This document shows, one piece after another, positions 53,567 to 64,000 of a stretch of 64,000 nucleotides of DNA (the first letter of the stretch is position 1; every line of letters starts with the position of its first letter). The notes beneath the pieces were generated by a model. It searched no databases and had not been told where the DNA came from. It saw nothing but the letters and a program-made list of their open reading frames with translations. The stretch is from contig OX597821.1 of assembly GCA_951406725.2 (NCBI GenBank), positions 95,914,001 to 95,978,000 on the forward strand, written 5' to 3'. The translations under genes and the position numbers were made by a program. The stretch is from Octopus vulgaris. Its lineage: Eukaryota.

Positions 53567-54142
53567 ATAAAGGTACTAGAATGACAGTGTCAAGATGGAA
53601 TCCAAATATATCATAGCATTTTGCATACGATTTTGTAGTAACTATACTATTCCTTACGGATGATAAGTAAACTGATGAAAGAAGAGAACTCATTGGAATT
53701 CAATTCAGACTCCATTCTCTTGAAGCTGTTTACTGACATTCAAACTAGCGTGTACAGTACGCTTTTCTTTATGGCTTTTACAATGAATTCAATGCTATAT
53801 ATTTAATGAAGCGTAAGAAAAATCTCCAGTTAATTCATTAGACGTATGCCTGTGAGAAGAAAGCATTAGCATAACAAATATTGCTAATTCAATTTGAGTC
53901 TGTTATGTGTGGATGAAAATTCCGGAAATCTTTTAGCTTTATAACACCGCCACAGTGTCCTCCTCTCCTTAGACCCCATCTCCCTACTTGATCATTGGAT
54001 AAGTATTAATGACCAATTAGAATCTTTTCCCCGTTGCATTAAATATGTTGACTCTCATTTAGTTGCTATTTTTCGTGTGGATGGCGACTCTGGATATTTT
54101 CTCACTCAGCCCTTATTTAGAGTTTAGGAAGAATGAGTGAGT

Positions 54143-54208
<66 letters not shown>

Positions 54209-55287
54209 GATTAACTACATACCACAGCCTCTGAACACATGTTGTAGACAGCGAAATCTTCCGTCGAAACACCAACAAAGATCGCATTTATAGCGTAACC
54301 AAGTGCCGTGTTTTAATGGACCACAACTCCTCTTTAATAGCTGGTACTCACAATATCGTCCATGGAAATGTCTAGAACAAACAACAATGGTTAATATGTA
54401 AAGCTTATATCAAGGTGATGTACTGTCGAGTCAATAACATGTAGGACAAAATACCCTGTACTATTTATGTTTGAGACTTGACGTTCTTATTTCGTATACT
54501 GTCAAGGCCAACGTCATCTTTCATCCTTCCGAGGTCGATAAAATACCAATCAAAAACTTCGCTTTCCATCCTTTCAGGGTCAATAAAATACGACTGGGGT
54601 CGATTTAACCGACTTACCCCTCCCACTAAATTGTTGATCTTGTACTAAAATTTGACACATATATTGGGCATGTATATATATAAAAAAACTACCCCCTTAC
54701 GTATATCTGGTAATAATAGTCCATAGAATTGTCTTGAATATTTTCGAGGGGCAAGCTGCGAGATATGACTCATCATCAGGTGGGCTGAACTACTGAATAA
54801 AATTTGAATAAACATTTTTTCCCCTCGTGAAATGAAGCGTGCTTTTCAGTAGGTCCCACGGTAGTAGTTTGCTCATGACTAGAAGGTTGTTAGTATGTGG
54901 TACTGCAAGCCTTGTTGATAGCTACTAGTTGGAGTATCATTCCTTTATATTGTAACTATGATACAATGCTACAAATTTCTGTTATGGTGGTAGGGAAATT
55001 AAAGAAACCACACACTCATAAATGTATTAAGAATCATTTGCATGAACAATGCGTGGGTCACATCTCAAACACTATAAGAAGATAGATAGATAGCTACATA
55101 CATACATACATACATATATACATACATATAAGAACAAGATTGGGCTGTTCAAGTTTTTGCTGCACGCATTGTTATTTATTTAATAATGCATAATATTTCA
55201 TGATGTAACGTAATTTTTCATTGTTGCATAACCCTACCATTTCATCAGGGAATGTTGATTCTTTTCCAGCGAAACTGTATATATGTA

Positions 55288-55349
<62 letters not shown>

Positions 55350-55350
<1 letters not shown>

Positions 55351-55770
55351 TATATGCATAAATATATATACATATATGTACATTCCTACATATATATGTA
55401 TATATACATGCATATATGGGTACAGGACATAAAAAAGACGTTGAACACAATGAGAAACGAAAACATGAAAACAAAAACATAGAAACAAACTTTTTTTCGA
55501 ACAACGAAATAGACAAACAGAGAAAAGAGATATACAACATAAAGAATATTCCCCTTTTTCAGTTGTCCTTGTTTCATCTACTCCACGTTCGAAGGCAAGG
55601 ACAAGACGCGACTTCGTTGAAACAATCCTTCCCGCAAAGCAAATTAAATAAAATTTGGAATTTTTTTGCGGAGGGTGAAAGTGGTAACAAGAACAAAACA
55701 GTAAAAAGAACAGAACAGTGAGAACAAAACAGTAAAAACATACGGTGAGGGCCGAGACGATAGAAAAATA
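55350..55770. mobile_element. Second copy of the 21247 element family
   Basis: Shares gggtacaggac...gtttcatctactcc...cccgcaaa...aaattaaataaaatttg. Confidence 0.8.
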
Positions 55771-57439
55771 TGCACACACACACATGTATATACATATATA
55801 ACTGTATAGACATGCATACATATATACGGAAGATGTAAATCTCTTCCGCCTTTTACTGATTTCTCTTCAGTCGACGCTTGTCTGAAGAAGGTGTCTGTCT
55901 CCACACCTCTTGGCAAATTCACTGTACTAAATTTGCCAATTTTGCTAATTTCTTTCAATTTGGCCGATGCAAAGAAACACCATTTTCTTAAGAGTTTGTT
56001 ATATACAAGTACGCACATATATGTATATATTTATTGTACGATCAGACAAATTCTAGAGGTACTGATGTTAGTTTGCTTTGGAAATACATACATACCTACA
56101 TAAAATTTTGGGGGATGGAGTTAGTCGATTATATCGGCCCCGGTACTCAACTGGTACTTATTTTATCGACCCGAAAGGATAAAAGACAAAGTCGACCTTG
56201 GCGGAATTTGAACTCAGAACGTTAAGAGTAATGAAATATCGCTACGCATTTTGCCTGGTGTGTGAACGAATCAGCCAGTTCCTCGCCTTGCACATGTGTA
56301 TAATAATCGCAATTGTAATATTATTGAAGATAGAAACAGCATTACTATTGGTCATATAGAGTCACTCTTAATCTTAATGATGAAAATATTAGTAAAAATG
56401 ATAATCCTTTTTAATATATAATCCTTTTTAATATATAGGCACAAGATCTAAATTTCTGGAGGAAGGATTTAGTTAGTTTAATCCTCATTTTATTTTACCT
56501 ACCCTACTGGGTTGAAAAGCAAAGTTGACCTTGGCTGGATTTGAACTTAGAACGTAAAGAGCCGGAACAAATACCGCAAAGCATTTTGTTTTTTTTTGTT
56601 TTCAGATGCTCTCCCGATTCTGCCGAATCACCACCCTCTTTCATAATAATACTAATTAAAGTAAACATCTTGTAATAAAGTTGCTGATAATATAAGTAAT
56701 GATGTAAATCTTAATAAATCTCGTTAAATATGAAAAATGGTGGTGATGATAATGGCGATAATGATGATGATGATGATGATGATTTTGATGATGATGATGA
56801 TGATAGAGATGGTAATGGATAATTAAGAATATAGAAATATTTAAACAGATATTTAAAGATCGCATTATTAATGGCAGAAACCACATTCGGTGATGAAATA
56901 ATAGATAGAAAATACGATAAAAAGTTACATATTGTTTTATTAGATGTGCGAATAGCCTTTATCTTTGGTAATGTTAGGACCTTCAAGAGCCTATTTAGAG
57001 AGAAAAGAAAAAAGATGTTTATGGTAAGAATTAAGATCTTATGTAATTCTCACTTTGAAGGGCGAATAGTTAATTGAAGAAATTTATGAGATTTAGTGTT
57101 CAATGAGAGGTGGGAGTATTATCTAGAAAATGTAAGTGTAACTAGAGGAGAACGAGAGGTGTGCATAATGCGGCATCAGATGGAACAGAAGAAAAATTAG
57201 TCTAGGTACTTGTGGCTTTATTAAATTTGCAGAGATGCATTTTATGATTGGAAATATAGTCAGGCAGTAGTGGAGTTGATATAAGTTGTGCCCGAAGAAT
57301 GGGTTCAGAGAAAGCTTCTTAATGCCCCTGATCGTATCCAGAGAAAGCTGAAGTTAATTATTGAGTTTTCTTAGTAATGAAGCAGCAGTTGCCCTACGTT
57401 CACAAGTCTATCCACTAAGATACAAGGGTTCGAAATAGA

Positions 57440-57830
57440 TTTGTGATGCAGATACGTTGTATATATCTTGTACAGGATGCGATAACTTTCTGAGAGTTTT
57501 GGTTGAAGGTTTGCATTGCCTGTTCTGTGTACAAAATACAGGATCTGCTTTTATTCCCATACGGTGTGGCTTCCACAAGGATCTTCCATATTGAATATTT
57601 TTTTCTTTAGGTTGCGATAGGTAAATGGACAACATTGTAACGCTTTTTTTCGTGTTGGGTTACGGAAAGAATGTTGTGTTGGGTGTAGCGAGCCTTTAGT
57701 TAGTGCTTGGATTAATATACGGTGTGTAAGAAATGTTAGTTTGTACAGCACCCTGATATATGATGTTATGTTCAATATTTAGCGTTTAGAAAACACTTGT
57801 TCGAGTGTGTACAGTTTCAGTTGGTATTAT
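57440..57830 (-). mobile_element. Penelope-like GIY-YIG C-terminal relic
   Basis: NIIYQGAV...RYTQH/HSFRNP...MLSIYL...KEKNIQY/WKILVEATPY...SC across frameshifts. Confidence 0.6.
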
Positions 57831-60090
57831 TCATTTTATTACTATGTGTGTTAATGTCATACATGTTCACTTTGAACGTTTTCAAGGAATCAATGTTTTG
57901 TACTATATTAGATATTTTGTGTTGTGAGTAGAAGGCAATACATATGAAGTAATACAGAGAAAAAGAACTATTTATGTATATGTGTATGTGTGTTTATGTT
58001 ATATTATATTATATATATATATCAATTTACTATAAAGAAGTTTAGATCATTTGAGCTAATGACGTTCAATGCAAGTTGTAGAAGATTGTTTTTTTTTTAT
58101 TAAATCTGAGACCGAGATCTCGTCTTGCGACTCGAGTTTCTCTCCACAACGATTAGCTTGTCGCCTGGAGATCGCAATGACTTGAAACTGGAGTCTCGAA
58201 ACAATTTCTTAGCTCCACTTGCAATAAAAACTACACGTACACACACACACACAAACTTAAAAAATTTTTACTGCATAATATAGATTTAACGCTGTTCTTT
58301 TTACCATCTCTGTGTATCCTCTGCCGCTTCTCTTTCAGTCCCTCTATCTTTGAATCACTTCAATTCCTTGTCCCTTTTATGGCCACATGTATAACGTTTA
58401 CATCACATCAAACACACACACACACACTTATATATGTATGTATATAGATATATATGCATGTTTATTATATATATAAATATATATATATATATGCACATAA
58501 ATACTTACATACCTACATTTGTACAAATATATTTATATTCATACATTCATGCATACGTAACATACAAACTTAAATGCATATATAGATATACACATACATA
58601 TACCTATACAGAATTTGTGTAAACATATACCCATGCCAGACAATGTAGAAGTTAACGTCAATTAAAAATACAAACCCACAATTTACATCAAATTTGGAGA
58701 TATTTTTGTAGTGACGGTTGCACAAAAAGAAGTCGAAAAAATTTAAGGAAGGTTTAGATAGAATAACTTTCTTCTCCAGTAACATTATTTAGATAAACAC
58801 TGATGCGATTCAACAACCCCATACTTAGGTGTAAATATAAGAATAATAAAAAGAAAGACACGTATAAGACCAGTAAATAGTTAAGTAGTTTAGTAAATGC
58901 TTATACATACAGGGAATGGTAAACAACAAATGTGTATATAGATATAGTTAAAAAAAATATTCACACAAATATAAAAACTTCAGTTCTGGTATTTCTACTC
59001 CGCGAAGTTTTTGATTTTCTACTTCGAGACAACAGTATACAATAAAATTATAGCACAAACAATTGAATAGTTAATAACGGATGTTCAAATGATTTAATAG
59101 ACTATATTATATAACAAATTTTATGCAATACATTGAACAGACATAGCAGTCTATAAAATGAAATAAAAAAAACTCATAATATTAAGCTTAAAACACAAAT
59201 CAAATGTATTCTGTCTATAGATTAGACGAATACGTAATTAAAAAAACAACAACAAAAGAGGAGAAACAAAATAATAAAAAAAGACATAAAAACAGAGCAC
59301 AAACTATCTTACTCTGCCTTTAATAATATATTATGAATAAACGAAAAGTAAAATGCTGCTCACCAGTAGCAAACCACAAGGCAACAAGCTGCAGAATTAT
59401 TGAGCTACAAGTAATATGCAAATGTTGCAAACTTCTCGAATCTAGCGATTACATTACATTGGGCAAAGAGCTACCAAATTTTTTACGCTGGCTGTTCATG
59501 TACGTACATCAAGGGGGCCATTATATCACTGAAAATAAGACAAGATATTGTATGGTTTTGTCGTTGCTATTTTTAATGCTTGTTTTCTATATATTTTTAA
59601 TGCCTGTTTTCCATTTGTTACCCTTGTGGTGATAAAGAAATCGCCGTTCCTGGTGGTATTTAGTTACTGTCCTTTAAGTCCTGAGTTCAAATCCTGCTTA
59701 AGTCAACTTTGCCTTTCATTCTTCTGGAGCCATTACAAACGACTGTTGCCCCACCTAAATTTCTGGTCAGGTCTACGGAATAAATTATTACTATTTTTTG
59801 TCAACTGATTCGTGTGAGTTTATATGGAATCACCAAACATATACCCATGTTGTTGATTTACATGTAGCATTATCTTTTAAAGGCATAAAGTTGTGTTTGT
59901 ATACTACGTCTGTTTAGCTGCATTATGGTTTTTTTTAATGTTTCTTGTGTTTTGGTATATTTGTTTTTTGGGTTTCGTTTTTTTGCCGTGAGGTTTGCGT
60001 GCAATGTGATTTGTGTAATTTCGTTGAGAATTGATTGTATCTTGTATGTTTTGTGAGATATTTTTGAAGCCGAGTGGTGTTTGTGCAGAG

Positions 60091-61295
60091 CAGTGATCTT
60101 CAACTGGGGTCCATATGGTCTTTGGGAGTCCATATAAGATTTTGTCGTTAAGATTTGTAGGCAATACTTTGAAGTCAAAGCCGGAGTATTACAAAGCGGC
60201 ACGCTAACACCTTATCTCTTAGCCACCGTTCTGGACTATGTAATGCGTAGAACGTACGAGGGCAAGGCAGAAGAATGAGATTCAAACTGCATAGGCAAAG
60301 AAGTAGACGGCATCAAGCAGTAACAGTAACTGATCTAGACTATGCTGATGAGCTGGCAGTACTAACAAAGAGGACAGATCAGGTACAGGTGGTGCTCAGT
60401 AGATTAGAGCATGAATCGGAGAAGGTAGGATTGTAAAGTAACGCAAACAAAACAGAGCTGCAAGTATTCAACCACAAAAGCCCTGTCTCAGTGAAAGTGA
60501 GAGATGGTAGGTGCTCAAGGTAGTTGAAAATTTCAAATACCTTGGTGCGTAGACACAAAGTACTGAAAAAGACATCGTAGTAAGGAAAGCTCTTGCCTGG
60601 AGCGCATGCCATAAATTGAGAAAGGTATGGAGTTCAAAGTTAGCTAGGAAATTGAAAGTGTGGTTGTTTCTGGCAACAATGGAGTCTGTTCTATACGGGA
60701 CTGAAACTTGGACGCTCACTAAAGCATTGAAGAAGCAGTTGGACGGTTGTTATGCGAGGATGCTTAGAATGACATGGAATATCTCCCGGAAGAGTCATAC
60801 AACAAACGCCAACTTATACCAGGGACTACCTAAAGTAACATTGAAGATACAGCATAGAAGGATGAGACTAGGTGGACAGTGCATCAGACACACCAATGAA
60901 ATTGCTAACAAGCTTGTGCTCTGGCAACCAACGGAACGAAGAACCAGGAAAGGAAGGAAGAAGACGACCTATATCGACAACTTCCTGGAGAATACTGGTA
61001 TGGAAGAGATACAAGAGTTAAGGACCCTGATGGAAGATCGAGATGAATGGGAAAAAACGTGTGGAAACAGTCTGAGGTACGACCTAGACAGATAGATAGA
61101 TTGTATGCAATAAATTGGTTATACTTCTCTACAATAAACAAAATATTTAAACAATTTAAAAATAAATTCTTAATAATAGTTAATTATAAAAATACGATAG
61201 GACTTTTTTTAATTCATTGAATGGCTACGAGGGGCCCACCTAAGTAAAGCAGGGATCAAGGGGTCTGTAGGCAAAAAATGGTTGGGAACCTCAAT
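60091..61295 (+). mobile_element. hAT-like MITE split by an RTE insertion
   Basis: cagtgatcttcaactggggtcc ... aaaaatggttgggaacc. Confidence 0.55.
60160..61100 (+). mobile_element. 5'-truncated RTE-type LINE (RT C-terminal half) with (AGAT)n tail
   Basis: GVLQSGTL, DLDYADEL, VENFKYLG, ESVLYGTETWTL, LDGCYARMLR, LVLWQP. Confidence 0.9.
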
Positions 61296-61507
61296 TGTAG
61301 AGTGTGTGCAGCATAGGTTGTTTTATGTATTACATTAACAGGTGTCAATGTGTAGAGTATGCGTAGTGTCGGTATGGTTTATGTGTTACAGTAATGGTTG
61401 GTGAGTGTGAGTAGTAGAGGATTTTGGGGGTATGCTGGATGTGATACACTATCGACAAGGGATTCTGTAGAATACATGCTGAGAATGGTAAACAGTAAAT
61501 GTGTATA

Positions 61508-61909
61508 TACTCTTTTACTCTTTTACTTGTTTCAGTCATTTGACTGCGGCCATGCTGGAGCACCGCCTTTAGTCGATCAAATCGACCCCGGGACTTATTC
61601 TTTGTAAGCCCAGTACTTATTCTATCGGTCTCTTTTTAGCGGAACCGCTAAGTGATGGGGACGTAAACACACCAGCATCGGTTGTCAAGCAATGCTAGGG
61701 GCACAAACACAGACCCCCCCCCCCCACATATATATATATACATATATACGACAGACTTCTTTCAGTTTCCGTCTACCAAATCCACTCACAAGGCATTGGT
61801 CGGCCCGGGGCTATAGGAGAAGACACTTGCCCAAGATGCCACGCAGTGGGACTGAACTCGGAACCATGTGGCTGGTTAGCAAGCTACTTACCACACAGCC
61901 ACTCCTGCG
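61508..61909 (-). mobile_element. SINE family B
   Basis: Consensus match. Confidence 0.92.
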
Positions 61910-62789
61910 TATAGTTAAAAAAATATTCACACAGACAGATATAAAAAAACGTCCGTTCTGGTACCCCTACTCAACAAAATCTTTGAGACTAAGTGCACAA
62001 TGAAATTACGAAACAATCAAAGGAGTAATTAATAACGGATGTTCAAATGGTTTAATATACTATATTATATAACAAATTTTATGCAATACATTGAACAGAC
62101 ACAGCAGTCTATAAAATAAAAGCAAAAAAGAAACCCCATATATTAAACTTAAAACACAAATCAAACGTATACAGCCGATAGATTAGACGAATAAGTAATT
62201 AAGAAAGACCCAACAAAACAACAACAATAACAACAACTATAACAAAAAACAGAGCACCATAAAATCTTACACTACTTGTTTTGTAATCCGTGTTATTTTA
62301 TCTCATGTGAGCTGTGCAATTAATTTGAAAATGCCTTGTGTAGGATATCGGTTATATTTATCGGTTTTCTCCATATCTTGCTCATTTCTATTTCAAGGTA
62401 ATTGCAATTAAGTAGTTTCTTGCCCTACCAAACCGAGTGAGGATTTTATTACAATGGATCGGAACGAAATGTTTATCAGAGTATCGAGATTTTCATCTCT
62501 GTCTCCGATAATTATTTGTGGACTGGTGTTTTAAAAATGAAGTAAATCTCGAACAGAGAAGAATAGCTGTGAAAACAGCTAAGAAGATCGGGCAAAATAC
62601 CCTTACAGAGAGAAAAAAGTGATCAGCAAGCTAGTGTTTGAGGGATACAAAGTTCGATTCTCTCTAGTGACTTACTAGTCACTGTTTTTTGTCTCAAAGG
62701 GTATCTTTTGCCGATCCTCTAAATTGTTTTTCACAGTTATTCTCCAGCGTTCAAGATTTCCTTCATTTCTAAAATACCAACTCAATCGG

Positions 62790-63080
62790 TGTTTATTTTT
62801 GTTTGTTACTTTTCGAGCCATGCCTGGCTCATAAGGGCCGGTTTCCCGGTTTCCTTGGCGTATAGGTTCCCCACCAGGACGGGACGCCGGTCCGTCGTAG
62901 ATGAGCTGCAAGATGCAGGAGGAAAGAGTGAGAGAAAGTTGTGGCGAAAGAGTCAGCAGAAGTTTGCCATTCCTGCGTAGAGCTTAGGTGTTTCGCTCAT
63001 AAACACACACATCGCCCTGTCTGAGATTCGAACCCGCGATCCCTCGACCGCTGCTCTAACCACTAGGCCATGTGCCTCCA
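62790..63080 (-). mobile_element. SINE family A head with tail type 2, older copy
   Basis: Reverse complement similar to 13728-14040. Confidence 0.8.
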
Positions 63081-63149
63081 CACTCAATCGGTGCTTCACT
63101 ACTTGTCTATAAAAATGTCTTTTTATATATATATGAACTGTGTTTGTTT

Positions 63150-63300
63150 TTTGTGTACAATCGCACATACCATTCCGGTACCCTTTCTGCCCTTCAAGTA
63201 AAATGTTACTGCTGTCAAGGCAAAGCCCAAGCCCTTTACAAAGTATTGATGCGAGGACATGGTAGGTTGTCGGCAACTAAACTACAGACCCTAATTTTAT
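63150..63300 (-). mobile_element. R4/Dong RT N-terminal fragment
   Basis: LPTTYHVLASIL...ILLEGQKGYR resembles the RPITCLPT...EQKG motif. Confidence 0.55.
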
Positions 63301-63360
63301 ATCTTTACGGTAATTTTGTTTTGGGGAATGAATAATCTTTCTCTCTCTTCAGCAGCTATT

Positions 63361-63394
<34 letters not shown>

Positions 63395-63799
63395 TATAGC
63401 AGCAGCAGCAGCAGCAGTATCTGTCCGTCTGCTGGATGCAGTGATAAACAAAAGGCGAATAATTGTTGGCAGAAAGATGTAAATTGGTGATAAGACAGAA
63501 TTCACACTCATACAAAGAATCATATATATATGTATCTGTGTGTGTTTGTGTGTATGTGTCTGTGTATAATTATGGGGCGACGTATGTATATGTGTATATA
63601 TATATGTACGCACACACATATATTTATATATGTATATACATATATACACACGTACGTCCACACAGGCGCGCGCACAAATATCTCTATATTTTTATATTGT
63701 CTAAGGAGAAAAATTATAGAAGATTTAAGATAATGTGTTAGAGAGATATAGACAGCTATCTAGATAGAAAGACAGATACATAGACAGATACATAGATAG

Positions 63800-63849
<50 letters not shown>

Positions 63850-63927
63850 TGAGAAAGGGAGTGAGAGAGAAAAGAAATAAGTTAAAACATAGATTATATA
63901 TATATATATATATATATTATACAAATA

Positions 63928-63981
<54 letters not shown>

Positions 63982-64000
63982 TATTATGTATAAGTTATAT

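Larger units (their letters stand above)
58945..62260. repeat. Pair of ~330-370 bp diverged direct repeats (58945-59315 and 61910-62260)
   Basis: Shared ttaataacggatgttcaaatg...ttttatgcaatacattgaacagac...cttaaaacacaaatcaaa. Confidence 0.85.

Overview
AT-rich, repeat-saturated animal DNA. The SINE families, R4/Dong, RTE and Penelope relics and microsatellite load resemble an Octopus (coleoid cephalopod) genome; the organism is inferred from recalled repeat families, not from a search. Nearly all ORFs in the track are microsatellite artefacts or decayed transposon pieces. The window holds dozens of tRNA-derived SINE copies from at least 4 families, fragments of non-LTR retrotransposons (R4/Dong, RTE, CR1, L1/Tx1, Penelope) and DNA transposons (Tc1, mariner, maT-like, Chapaev-like, hAT-like and other MITEs), often nested. 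Host-gene signal is sparse and on the minus strand: a probable terminal coding exon ending in a GPI-anchor-like signal (48406-48602) and a candidate 15-nt microexon (10959-10973). The most interesting non-coding items are: degenerate minimal hammerhead-ribozyme motifs in Penelope-type terminal repeats; a Dong-like element sitting in (TAA)n between inverted hammerhead-bearing repeats; a 10-copy palindromic motif array with variable spacers; several long fold-back hairpins; and one SINE head joined to three different tails. No intact autonomous element, CRISPR array, rRNA or real tRNA is supported. Boundaries of decayed elements are approximate.
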